From positions 14,032-78,031 of the forward strand of contig MGSS01000144.1 of assembly GCA_001798595.1 (NCBI GenBank): a DNA stretch of 64,000 nucleotides, given 5' to 3'. Source of the stretch: Deltaproteobacteria bacterium RIFCSPLOWO2_12_FULL_60_19. Lineage in GTDB: Bacteria; Desulfobacterota; Binatia; UBA9968. The notes under the pieces were generated by a model. The model ran no database searches. It was given only the letters and a program-made list of their open reading frames with translations, and had not been told where the DNA came from. Numbering within the stretch: position 1 is the first letter of the stretch; each line of letters opens with the position of its first letter. Of the stretch, positions 36,736-45,839 are shown piece by piece. The position numbers and the translations under genes are program-made.

Positions 36736-36825
36736 CGTCATTCCGGCCAACCCCCGCGATAGCGGGGGGCGAGCCGGAATCCAGGGAATTTCGGGAGTAC
36801 TGGATTCCCGCTTTCGCGGGAGTGA
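36736..36825 (+). repeat. Structured intergenic repeat, copy B, with the same terminal hairpin, immediately followed by the group II intron 5' end
   Basis: Shares the 14-nt 5' end, GAGCCGGAAyCCAG, and the 3' 24-nt hairpin with copy A. The central inner hairpin differs (CCCCCGC-gata-GCGGGGG). Confidence 0.6.
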
Positions 36826-38671
36826 GTGCGCCCGTGAAGGCGCCACATCAGCATGGTGAAAGTCCATGCCGGAGTATGCCACAGCTCCGTAGCCGAAGGT
36901 AACTGCGTCGCCCCTAGGCGAGGTGGGGAGCAACCGGAGGCGAACTGTCGGTCCGTAGGAGGACGAACTCGATTCGGCGGGGAGCTGCGACGAGCCTGCT
37001 CATTCATGGCGAAGTCCGAAAGTCGCTGGACACGCTGGCGTGGTGGGTGAAGCGATGTTCAGGCAGCCCACGTGGTTGGAGACGGAACGACGGGAAGGTG
37101 TGGTGCAGTAAGCGGGGAGACCTGCACGGTAGGTGAGCGGTGCAGGAGTCAGAGTCTCCATAGTACCGATGCGGGGCAACCTGCGAGAGGTGCGGGAAGC
37201 AAAACCGCGCTGAGGGAAGGGAGATAGGAAGGTGGAAGCGTGAGCGACACAACGGGGCAAAGCGAAAGCGAAGCGTCGGTAGTGCCCGAAGGGGCTACAC
37301 AAGGCGCAGAGACCCAGGGCCGAGATTGGTCGTGGGTGGAAGCCGAGGTGTGGAGCGAGCGCATGTTGGCGGCGCTGGAGAACGGCGTCAAAGGAGGCAA
37401 ATGGTTTAGCCTGATCGACAAGGTCTATCGTCCGGCAACGCTTGAGGCGGCGTGGCGCAAGGTAGCCGCGAACGCGGGAGCAGCCGGAGTAGACGGGCAA
37501 AGTGTTGAGCAGTTTGCGGCGCGAGCGGAAACGTATCTCGAAGAACTGGGAGAAGCGCTCAAGACGGGGAGCTACAAGCCGCTGGCCGTGCGGCGCGTGG
37601 AGATTCCGAAGGGGCAGGGAAAGCTGCGTCCCCTGGGGATTCCGGCGGTCAAAGACCGCATCGTGCAAACGGCGTTGAAGCTTGTGATCGAGCCGATCTT
37701 TGAGCGTGAGTTCCTGGACATGAGCTACGGTTTTCGTCCGGGTCGTGGCTGCAAAGACGCTTTGCGAGAAGTGGACCGGCTGCTCAGAGGAGGTTACACC
37801 CGCGTGGTGGACGCCGATCTTTCGAGCTACTTCGACACGATTCCTCACGCGCGTCTGATGGAGCGGGTGGGGGAGCGCGTGAGCGATGGCCGGTTGCTTC
37901 AGTTGATCGCAGCGTTTCTGCAACAAGACATCGTCAAGGGACTGGAGAGGTGGACGCCCGTAGGGGGCACGCCGCAAGGCGCGGTGATCAGCCCCTTGTT
38001 GGCGAACATCTACCTTCACTCGCTGGACTGTCATATGCGGGAACGCGGTTATCGGATGGTGCGCTACGCTGATGACTTCGTGGTGCTGTGCCGCAGCGCC
38101 GAACAGGCGCAAGCGGCACTTGCCGAGGTAAAAGCCTGGGTAGAAGCAAATGGCCTGAGTCTCAATGCCGACAAGACCCATGTGGGTGACTGCCGGGAAC
38201 CGGGCCAGGGCTTTGAATTTCTGGGCTATCGCTTCGAGGCGGGGCGGCGTTGGGTACGGCGCAAGAGCATCAGAGCGCTGCGTGACCGTATCCGGGCCAA
38301 GACCAGTCGCACACGGGGAGACAGTCTGCGTCATATGATTGCGGACTTGAACCCGCTGCTCAAGGGCTGGTTCGGCTACTTCAAGCATGCTCATCCGATG
38401 ACCTTTAGCGGGATGGACGGCTTTACTCGCAGACGGCTGAGGGCGGTCCTGCGCAAGCAGGAGAAACGCCCTGGCCTGGGTCGGTGTCTGGCCGATCATC
38501 TTAGGTGGTCCAAAGTTTTCTTTGCCGACTTGGGACTCTTCACCATGACGGAGGCCCATGCACTGGCAAGCCGATCCCGATGAGGAAACCACCGACTGGA
38601 GAGCCGTGTGCGGGAGAACCGCACGCACGGTTCGGAGGGCGGGGAGAGCGAAAGCTCTTCCCGACCCCTAT
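36826..38671 (+). mobile_element. Bacterial class C (IIC) group II intron, full length (~1.85 kb)
   Basis: 5' end GTGCGCC (36826). The IEP ORF sits in domain IV. Domain V GAGCCGTGTGCGGGAGAACCGCACGCACGGTTC (38603-38635). Domain VI has a bulged A (CCGACCCC). The 3' end is ...CTAT (38671). It is inserted directly after a hairpin, as IIC introns do. Confidence 0.75.
37240..38583 (+). CDS. Group II intron-encoded reverse transcriptase/maturase (no endonuclease domain)
   Basis: RT blocks including YADDFVV, plus an X/maturase domain. It is 447 aa and lacks an HNH/En C-terminus, consistent with class C. Confidence 0.9.
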   Translation: MSDTTGQSESEASVVPEGATQGAETQGRDWSWVEAEVWSERMLAALENGVKGGKWFSLIDKVYRPATLEAAWRKVAANAGAAGVDGQSVEQFAARAETYLEELGEALKTGSYKPLAVRRVEIPKGQGKLRPLGIPAVKDRIVQTALKLVIEPIFEREFLDMSYGFRPGRGCKDALREVDRLLRGGYTRVVDADLSSYFDTIPHARLMERVGERVSDGRLLQLIAAFLQQDIVKGLERWTPVGGTPQGAVISPLLANIYLHSLDCHMRERGYRMVRYADDFVVLCRSAEQAQAALAEVKAWVEANGLSLNADKTHVGDCREPGQGFEFLGYRFEAGRRWVRRKSIRALRDRIRAKTSRTRGDSLRHMIADLNPLLKGWFGYFKHAHPMTFSGMDGFTRRRLRAVLRKQEKRPGLGRCLADHLRWSKVFFADLGLFTMTEAHALASRSR

Positions 38672-39135
38672 CGACGGAGCGCGTACCTCTATCCTTAAAT
38701 CCAGATCGAACCTGCGCGAGGTGACACTCAACCGTCAGGTTTCCGGCGTCGCAGCGGACATTTTTGACTCCATTCTGGGTAAAATCATCCCAAATTACGG
38801 CAGTGGATGTCCAAACCGGGTACTCGTTTCCGCCTATTTACCAAGGCCCTTCTCGGTATTTCGCCTAGTTAGGAGTTTGGCATCGGGTTTGCTTCAAACC
38901 ACACTCATGGACCAACTGCAAACTTTGAGGAAATCTCCGGCGCTCGACGGGTTTGAAACTCCGACCCTGGATGAGATCGTCTGCCTTTGGCAGGCGTTCC
39001 GTTCCAATGGCTTGGAGGCTGAGGAAGCTTGGAATGCAATCGTCGCGGGGTTGGCCCTGGAAGTGGCTTTTCCGCGGCGGCCCGGTGTAACCCGGATCGA
39101 GCACTAAGCAGGCGGCAAGCGAAACCAAGAACGTC

Positions 39136-40137
39136 TTACGGTTTGTAGACCTTGTCGATAAAGCCGCTCTTCTCCAACTCCCGCACAATACTGTCGTCCA
39201 CGATGTCATCCAGTTTCAGGCTGGCGCCCGGCTTGCGCGCCAAAGCTTCCTGAATCTGCGCTTCCATTCCGGGCCGCGTCACCAGCGGCACTCGATCATA
39301 GAGCTTGGCCATCGCGTTGTAGGAGCTCTCCAGGTAGCCTTCGTTGGTTATCCGGCTGTTTTTTGCAATGCTCTTTTTGCTCTCTTCTTTGTGGGTCTTA
39401 AAGAAGTGGGCAGCTTCGATCAGCGCCATCACGCCCTTGCGCACCGTCTCCCGATTCTTGGCGAGATAGCCTTTCGTTGTATTCACACAGATATACGGGA
39501 AGTCAAAACGTTTCTTAAAGTCCGCCGTGCTGGTAAGAATCCTGTGCGGCATGCCCTTCGCCAATTGGATCATCCCCGGCGGAGATGGAAAGCCGACGAT
39601 TCTACCGGTGCGGAAAGCGGCGGCTCTCTCCGGAGCGCCGCCGACCTGGAGAATCGGAACGTCCTTGATCGGTTCCAGGCCGAGGCCCCTGATGAGCGCG
39701 TGAGCCGCCGTGTCCGAGGCGCTTCCGACGCGGCTGATCCCGATGCTTTTTCCTTTTAGATCTTCAGCCGATTTGACGGACTCTTGGACTACAAGCTCAT
39801 AAGGAAGGGTATTGATATAGCAGGCGACCGTAACCAGGCTGACTCCTCCCACGGCGGCGCTTGCCACACCTCCGCCTGAGGCATTGGCTATCTCGATATC
39901 GCCGGCAAGAAGGCTGGCCACACTGATCGTCGTAGTCTGGATAAAGACAAGGTTCACGTCGAGGCCGTGCTTTTTGTAGAAACCATAGTCCTGCGCTACA
40001 TAGTAGATCGCGTTGGTGGTGTCGAGGGAACTATAGGAGATTTTGATCTTGTCTTGGCCATGCGCGGGGTTCAATCCAAAAAGCGCCAAAACAAAAATCT
40101 GGCTTGCGATCAGTAAAGTCCTGCACCAGCTTTTCAT
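39136..40137 (-). CDS. Orphan NMT1/THI5-like (nitrate/sulfonate/taurine/HMP-type) ABC substrate-binding protein
   Basis: The start is set at MKSWCRTLLIASQIFVLALFGLNPAHG (signal peptide). No transporter genes are adjacent. Confidence 0.65.
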   Translation of the reverse strand: MKSWCRTLLIASQIFVLALFGLNPAHGQDKIKISYSSLDTTNAIYYVAQDYGFYKKHGLDVNLVFIQTTTISVASLLAGDIEIANASGGGVASAAVGGVSLVTVACYINTLPYELVVQESVKSAEDLKGKSIGISRVGSASDTAAHALIRGLGLEPIKDVPILQVGGAPERAAAFRTGRIVGFPSPPGMIQLAKGMPHRILTSTADFKKRFDFPYICVNTTKGYLAKNRETVRKGVMALIEAAHFFKTHKEESKKSIAKNSRITNEGYLESSYNAMAKLYDRVPLVTRPGMEAQIQEALARKPGASLKLDDIVDDSIVRELEKSGFIDKVYKP

Positions 40138-40177
40138 CGTTTCACCTCTTCGTTTTTTCGGCCCGGGATCGGGCATG

Positions 40178-40666
40178 TTAGGTCTGCTCGGCCTGCGGGT
40201 CGGCCCGGGCGACAAGATCGAGCAAGGTGTCGGTGTGAGGATGCTGCGAGGCCGCGACCTCTCTCAGCAGTTCGGCGAACTCCGGCTTCTCCTCGCTCAG
40301 CAGCATCGCCTGGTCAAAAAGGCTGCTCTCCAAGGCTTTCTGATCCTGCAAATCATGCACGACCCGCTCCCAGTGATTTCGCGCCGATCTTCCCTCGCGC
40401 GCGGGCTCGTCAACAGCTGTTTCCAACCTGGCGATGCTCTCCCGCAGGCGGCCGGCGCTGGCGCGCTTTTCCGCCGCCATCTGACGCAGGCGCGCGGCGA
40501 CCTGAGGATAGGGCGCCTTCTCGGCGTGGTCGTCCAACTGCTTTGCCAGGACGCATAAGCGATGATAACTGTTCTTCAGCAGGTCGATCGGGTCCGATCG
40601 CTGAGTTTCACCGTTTTGCCGGCTGCACCCGGAGAGCGGACAAATCCGTTTCAAAAATTCGAACAT
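40178..40666 (-). CDS. Hypothetical protein, 162 aa, helical and charged
   Basis: Intact ORF with reasonable codon usage; no recognisable motif. Confidence 0.35.
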   Translation of the reverse strand: MFEFLKRICPLSGCSRQNGETQRSDPIDLLKNSYHRLCVLAKQLDDHAEKAPYPQVAARLRQMAAEKRASAGRLRESIARLETAVDEPAREGRSARNHWERVVHDLQDQKALESSLFDQAMLLSEEKPEFAELLREVAASQHPHTDTLLDLVARADPQAEQT

Positions 40667-40789
40667 CCGATCTACCTCTGCGGTGGAAGATAGAGTGGCG
40701 TAAGGAGCTTGTCAAGCCTATGGCTTAGCGCGCGCGCGTTTGACTGTCAGTGGAAAATCTGGTGAAATAACCGGCGGTGAGGTGAATGT

Positions 40790-40993
40790 ATGGCCCGTAT
40801 CACCGTGGAAGATTGTCTCGCAAAAATTCCCAACCGTTTTGAGCTGGTCGGGATCGCCTCCAGGAGGGCGAGGCAGCTGTTCAAAGGCGCCAAGCCGCTG
40901 ATCGAGTGCGATAACCGGGAGGTGGTCGTGGCGCTTCGAGAGATCGCCGAAGGACAAGTGCGAAAAGTCTCCAAGGAACTTAAGCCCGTATAG
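40790..40993 (+). CDS. rpoZ: RNA polymerase subunit omega
   Basis: [30 protein letters not shown] is the canonical RpoZ N-terminus. Confidence 0.85.
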   Translation: MARITVEDCLAKIPNRFELVGIASRRARQLFKGAKPLIECDNREVVVALREIAEGQVRKVSKELKPV

Positions 40994-41170
40994 TCTCCGC
41001 TTCTCTATTTTTCCCGCACAATTCCGAACCGTTATCTTTTTCTCGGCATCTGTCAGCCTGAGGCTCTCATTGCTTGAAACGGGCGGTGAAACCGGGTAAA
41101 TTTCCCTATATCGAGGTCGGTTCCTCCTTCTGTGGCGCAGCCCGTCTAAGGCGGCTGCAGAGAGCATCCC

Positions 41171-42124
41171 ATGTCCAAAGCCAAGCGCGATCCTGAAGAA
41201 GAGACCCCCCGGGACGATCCCTATCGAGAGATCGACCTTGCCGAGGCGGAGGATTCTTCCGCCAAGGCTCTCGTCCCATTTGACGCGCTCCAAAGATATC
41301 TCGCCGAAATTCGCCGTTATCCTCTCTTGAGCCGCGAGGAGGAGCACCGCATCGCGGTGGAATACAAAGAGTTCGGCAACCTGGAGGCCGCCTACAAGCT
41401 GGTGACGGCGAACTTAAGGCTCGTGGTGATGATCGCCAGGGAGTACCAGCGGGCATTTCGCAGCCTCCTCGATCTGGTTCAGGAGGGCAACATCGGCCTC
41501 ATGGAGGCGGTGAAAAACTTCGACCCGTACCGCGGCATCCGCTTCCCCTCCTACGCGGTCTGGTGGATTCGGGCCTATGTTCTCCGCTACCTCATCAACA
41601 ACTGGCGCATGGTCAAGATCGGGACCACTCAGGCGCAGCGCAAGCTCTTTTTCAATCTCCAAAAGGAGAAGGAGAGACTGGAGGCCGAAGGCTTCGCTCC
41701 GGGCCCGAAGCTGCTGGCGCAGCGGTTGAACGTCAAGGAGGGGGAAGTGGTCGAGATGGAGCAACGGCTGGCGAGCCGCGACCTCTCGACCGATGCGCCG
41801 GTCGGCGACGATGAGGGGGCGACGTTGCTGAGTTTTATGGCGGATCAGAAAGAGACGCCGGAGGAGCACTTCGCCGGCGCCGAGTACCGGCGGCTGTTGA
41901 GCGACAAGATCGAAGAGTTTTCCAAGGGATTGAAGGACAAAGAGCTGGTGATTTTCCGCGAGCGGCTGCTCAACGAAGAGCCGCTCACGCTCAGAGAGAT
42001 CGGCGCGCGCTACGGCATCAGCCGGGAGCGCGTGCGCCAGATCGAAGAGCGGGTCAAGAAAAAACTCAAAGACTATCTCGGCCGGGAATTCAAAGAGGCC
42101 AAAGACACGGCGGCCGGCGCTTGA
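41171..42124 (+). CDS. rpoH: RNA polymerase sigma-32 (heat-shock) factor
   Basis: Sigma-70 regions 2-4 plus the RpoH box QRKLFFNLQ. Confidence 0.85.
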   Translation: MSKAKRDPEEETPRDDPYREIDLAEAEDSSAKALVPFDALQRYLAEIRRYPLLSREEEHRIAVEYKEFGNLEAAYKLVTANLRLVVMIAREYQRAFRSLLDLVQEGNIGLMEAVKNFDPYRGIRFPSYAVWWIRAYVLRYLINNWRMVKIGTTQAQRKLFFNLQKEKERLEAEGFAPGPKLLAQRLNVKEGEVVEMEQRLASRDLSTDAPVGDDEGATLLSFMADQKETPEEHFAGAEYRRLLSDKIEEFSKGLKDKELVIFRERLLNEEPLTLREIGARYGISRERVRQIEERVKKKLKDYLGREFKEAKDTAAGA

Positions 42125-42266
42125 GCGCCGGCCTCGCAGCTCAGTCCACTCGTCGAGCCGCTCGAGGCCACGTCCCATCGTTCTCTTCCCCTCATGGAAG
42201 CAATGATCGCTTGCCAGTTGGAGACGCATTTGATAGCAAGGAAACAGTTGGGGAGGGCAATGCGCC

Positions 42267-42719
42267 TTGCGATTTGAAAAAGAGATAGAGATCGTCAATT
42301 CGAAAGAGAACGTCTGGCGGTTTTTGTGGGATGTGGACCGCTTCATCGCCTGCGTGCCGGGCTGTAAAGAGGCGAGCACGGTGGAGCCTGGAAAACAGTA
42401 CGCCGCGACGATGGTGGAGAAGGTCGGCCCCTTCCGCGTGTCGTTTCCGCTGCGGATCGACGTCGTGGAAAGCCGCGACCTGGCTTATATCAAGGCGGTG
42501 GCCGCCGGCAGCGACAATGCGGTCGGGAGCCGGATGAAAGTGGAGCTGGAGGTCGGTCTCAAAGGAGACGGCGACCGCACCGTCCTCTCGATCGCCGCCT
42601 CGGTCGATGTCCTCGGCAAGCTCGCCACCCTGGGCCACAGCATCATCAAGCGCAAAGCCGATCAGGTCATGGAGGAGTTTGCGCAAACATTAAAGCACAA
42701 ACTGGAAGGAGCCGCGTAA
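42267..42719 (+). CDS. coxG: CoxG-like SRPBCC family protein
   Basis: 150 aa with a polyketide-cyclase/CoxG fold pattern. It is adjacent to Mo-hydroxylase medium and small subunit genes. Confidence 0.7.
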   Translation: MRFEKEIEIVNSKENVWRFLWDVDRFIACVPGCKEASTVEPGKQYAATMVEKVGPFRVSFPLRIDVVESRDLAYIKAVAAGSDNAVGSRMKVELEVGLKGDGDRTVLSIAASVDVLGKLATLGHSIIKRKADQVMEEFAQTLKHKLEGAA

Positions 42720-42721
42720 CC

Positions 42722-43588
42722 ATGCTGAGACGATTCCGTTTAGAAGAGCCGGACACGATTCAAGCGGCGTCCGATTTGCTGGTTCGCTTCGGCGATGCGG
42801 CTCGCCTCTATGCCGGCGGCACGGAGCTGCTGCTGGTGATGAAGGAAGGACTGGTCCGCTACGAGCGGCTGATCAACATCAAGCAGATTCCGAATCTGAA
42901 CCAGGTGAAGTTGGACAACGGCGCGATCTCCATCGGAGCGCTGGCAACCCACCGGGAACTGACCGTCTCGCCGGTGCTCCGTGAAAGTCTCCCGGCGTTG
43001 GTCCAAATGGAAAACAACGTCGCCAACATTCGCGTGCGCGAGGTCGGGACGATCGGCGGCAATTTGTGCTTCGCTGAGCCGCACGCCGATCCGGGAACGC
43101 TGCTTCTGGTTTTAGGGGCGAAGCTGATCGCGGCGAAAAAGACGGGGCAACGCGAAATCGCCGTCGAAAACTTTTTTCGCGACGCCTATGAGACCAGTCT
43201 CGAATCGGACGAGCTGCTTACGGAAATCCGAATTCCGCGGCCATCCGCCGCGGGTGGATTGGCTTACCTGAAATTCGGCTATCTGGAGCGGCCGAGCGTC
43301 GGTGTCGCGGTGCGCGTCGAGTTTAACGGCGGCGAAAAAAAATGGATCGCCGAAGCGCGTATCGCCGTAGGCTGCGCCGGGCCTGCTCCGCGAAGGGTCG
43401 AAGAGGCCGAGGCGCCGCTCAAAGGGAAGTCGATCCAGGAAGCGACGCATTTGATCGACGAGGCCGGCGGGATCGCGGGACGCGCCAGCCAGGCGATCAG
43501 CGATCTCCACGGGTCGCAAGAGTACAAGGAACATATCGTCCAGGTGCTCGTAAAGCGCGCGTTTCAGCAAGCTGTCCAGAAAAGCTGA
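42722..43588 (+). CDS. Molybdo-hydroxylase FAD-binding medium subunit (CoxM/XdhB-like)
   Basis: FAD_binding_5 motif region (LYAGGTELLLVMKEG) and a CO-dehydrogenase flavoprotein C-terminal domain. Confidence 0.8.
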   Translation: MLRRFRLEEPDTIQAASDLLVRFGDAARLYAGGTELLLVMKEGLVRYERLINIKQIPNLNQVKLDNGAISIGALATHRELTVSPVLRESLPALVQMENNVANIRVREVGTIGGNLCFAEPHADPGTLLLVLGAKLIAAKKTGQREIAVENFFRDAYETSLESDELLTEIRIPRPSAAGGLAYLKFGYLERPSVGVAVRVEFNGGEKKWIAEARIAVGCAGPAPRRVEEAEAPLKGKSIQEATHLIDEAGGIAGRASQAISDLHGSQEYKEHIVQVLVKRAFQQAVQKS

Positions 43589-43615
43589 CAGAGGGCGGGA
43601 GCGGAGAGGCAAACG

Positions 43616-44140
43616 ATGGCAACTGCAAGTTCAAAAGCGGCGGAGCGGCAAACTATCGCTCTTTCGTTCACAGTCAACGGAAGAGCTTACGATCTCGATG
43701 TGGAGCCGCACGAGCTGCTGCTCGACGTCATCCGCGACCGTCTCGCGCTGACGGGCGCGAAAAGGTCGTGCGACGTCCAGGTATGCGGGGCCTGCACGCT
43801 CTTGCTGGACGGCAGGCCGGTCAGCGCATGCACGCTGCCCGCCTTCGAAGCCAGGGGGAAGAAAATTCTAACGATCGAAGGCTTGGCGGAGAATGGCACG
43901 CTGCACCCGTTGCAGCAGGCCTTCATCGAGCACGGCGGCTTTCAGTGCGGCTTTTGCACGCCGGGCATGATCCTGACGGCCAAACTCCTGCTCGACGAGA
44001 ACCCCGATCCGACGGAAAAAGAGCTCAAGCACTTCATGCACGGCAACATCTGCCGCTGCACCGGATATAAAAAGATCGTGGAGTCGATCCTCGCCGCGGC
44101 CAAGAAAATGCGCTCGGGCGCTCGCTCAGGAAAAAACTAG
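43616..44140 (+). CDS. Molybdo-hydroxylase 2Fe-2S small subunit (CoxS-like)
   Basis: Two [2Fe-2S] cysteine clusters (CDVQVCGAC...C and CGFCTPG...CRC). Confidence 0.85.
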   Translation: MATASSKAAERQTIALSFTVNGRAYDLDVEPHELLLDVIRDRLALTGAKRSCDVQVCGACTLLLDGRPVSACTLPAFEARGKKILTIEGLAENGTLHPLQQAFIEHGGFQCGFCTPGMILTAKLLLDENPDPTEKELKHFMHGNICRCTGYKKIVESILAAAKKMRSGARSGKN

Positions 44141-44265
44141 CAGGGTGCTGAAAAGCCGTGTGTTCACCCTTCGACAAGCTCAGGGCGAACGGGCTAGGAA
44201 AGCGCCGTTCGTGGTGAGCGTTGTCGAACCAGGACGGCGCTGCCAGGGTTATAGTTAAACCCGCA

Positions 44266-45687
44266 CTAATCGCTGATACCGTAATCTTTCCAGCGCGCCG
44301 CGACGCGATCGAGGTGCTCTTTCGGGGGCAGCGAGATCGCCGGATAGTCGTGTTTCCGGGTGGCGTCGATCGCCACGCGCGAGCCGACGTCGCGTATCGT
44401 GTGGTGCTGCGGGACTGAGGGTGGAGCCTGGGAAGGGTCCAATCCGACGGCCTGCACGTCTCTCTCGATGTACACGTCTTTATCCGGCCTCACTCTCCAG
44501 CTCATCGCCCAATCGACATCGAAATCGTCCCAGACGTCGATATCGTCGTCGACGACGACGGTGATCTTGCCGAAGCCGGTGCGCAACGACCAGATGCCGT
44601 ACATCACCTGCCGCACCTGCCCCTCGAACTGCTTCTTCATCGACACGACGCAATAGGCGCCGCTGCCGCCGGCCTCCTTGAGCCGGACATCTTTGATCGG
44701 GAGGCGGAGGCCGTATTTGAGATGCTTAAACAGGGGCCACTCGCGCCCCACGCCGCGAATGCAGCTCGACTCGGAAGGCGGCCTCTGGCTGATGAAGGCC
44801 TGGTAGATCGGGTTGTTGCGGAAGGTCATGCACTTGATGTTGAAGAAGGGCTGCTTGCCCGCCGGTCCCATGTAGCCCGTGTATTCTCCAAATGGGCCTT
44901 CCATCTCGGTAGCGTTGGGCGGGATCTCTCCCTCGAGCACGATCTCGGCCGTGGCCGGGACTTCAAGCGGAACCGTCTCGCAGGGCACCAGCTCCACCGG
45001 CTCGCCGCGCAGCGCGCCCGCCACCGCATATTCGTCCAACTCCTCGGAGATTTTCGATACGGAAACGTAGCCGATGGTCGGATCGGCGCCGATGACTACG
45101 GCGATCGGAGTAGGCTTGTTCTGCTCGTCGTTTTTCCGCACGTGCCACGCGGCATCCTGGCGCTTGCCGATCAGAAAGCCGGTTTTGTTGGGCCCTTTGA
45201 CCTCCATGCGGTAGGTTCCGATATTGCGCACTCCGGTCTCAGGGTCCTTCGTGACTACATAAGGCGACGTGAAGAAGGGCCCGGGATCTTCGCCCACCGT
45301 CCAGATAGGAACCGGAAGCTTTTGGATGTCCACCTGGTTACAGTGCAAAATATTCTCTTTGCAAGGGCCGGTCTTAACCATCACCGGCGCGATGGGTTTC
45401 TCCAGCGCGCGGTCCCACTTGCGGTTGATGCCTTCGACGGAATCGGTCTCCAGGCCGATGGCGTAAACCTCGCGCGATACGCCGAGAGCTCCCGCCACGA
45501 CGGGAATGTTGAAGCCCTTGACGTTTTCGAACATCAAGGCTGGCCGCTTCGCCGGCGGCAGTTGGTAGAACAGCTGGCGACAGACGGCGGCGATCTCCCA
45601 GTCTTTGTCGACCTCTTTCTTGACTCTTTTTAACTTTCCTTTTTCTTCGAGTACGGCCAGATAGGCCCGCAAATCGCGATAAGCCAC
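44266..45687 (-). CDS. UbiD-family (prFMN-dependent) decarboxylase
   Basis: 473 aa with UbiD N-terminal and core domains. No ubiX partner is adjacent. Confidence 0.8.
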   Translation of the reverse strand: MAYRDLRAYLAVLEEKGKLKRVKKEVDKDWEIAAVCRQLFYQLPPAKRPALMFENVKGFNIPVVAGALGVSREVYAIGLETDSVEGINRKWDRALEKPIAPVMVKTGPCKENILHCNQVDIQKLPVPIWTVGEDPGPFFTSPYVVTKDPETGVRNIGTYRMEVKGPNKTGFLIGKRQDAAWHVRKNDEQNKPTPIAVVIGADPTIGYVSVSKISEELDEYAVAGALRGEPVELVPCETVPLEVPATAEIVLEGEIPPNATEMEGPFGEYTGYMGPAGKQPFFNIKCMTFRNNPIYQAFISQRPPSESSCIRGVGREWPLFKHLKYGLRLPIKDVRLKEAGGSGAYCVVSMKKQFEGQVRQVMYGIWSLRTGFGKITVVVDDDIDVWDDFDVDWAMSWRVRPDKDVYIERDVQAVGLDPSQAPPSVPQHHTIRDVGSRVAIDATRKHDYPAISLPPKEHLDRVAARWKDYGISD

Positions 45688-45839
45688 TTTTGCGCCTGCC
45701 TTTCTAATGAGTTAGAGAACGCGGTATGTATAAATGATTTTGATATAAACAGTCAAGCCTTAAATGATTCTGTCGAATTTAGCAAGCCTTGGCGGGGTCT
45801 TAAGGGGGACAATATCGAACGGTTTACACTGAAAACCGC

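Noticed and set aside
35014-36933. 639-aa minus-strand ORF (the longest unassigned ORF in the window)
   Set aside because: It is antisense to, and fully overlaps, the well-supported LLM oxidoreductase gene. The translation is low-complexity and Arg/Pro/Ala-rich, as expected from the reverse frame of a GC-rich gene, with no domain signatures.
36191-38671. Possibility that the repeat pair around ridA plus the intron represent an integron cassette array (attC sites with a IIC-attC intron)
   Set aside because: The repeats lack the R''/R' core sites (RYYYAAC ... GTTRRRY) of attC. The intron is in the same orientation as the upstream gene, which is the terminator-targeting mode rather than the attC bottom-strand mode. 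No intI or attI is nearby. A terminator-like repeat family explains the data better.
38907-39107. 66-aa ORF downstream of the intron (MDQLQTLRKSPALDGFETPTLDEIVCLWQAFRSNG...)
   Set aside because: Codon usage is acceptable, but there is no RBS or recognisable motif, and the flanking 38700-38900 is atypically low-GC. The evidence is insufficient to call a gene. It is left as an open possibility.
41040-41170. Sigma-32-type promoter (CTTGAAA ... CCCTATATC) upstream of rpoH
   Set aside because: The spacer between the two elements is ~24 nt, far outside the 13-17 nt of heat-shock promoters. No convincing promoter call could be made.
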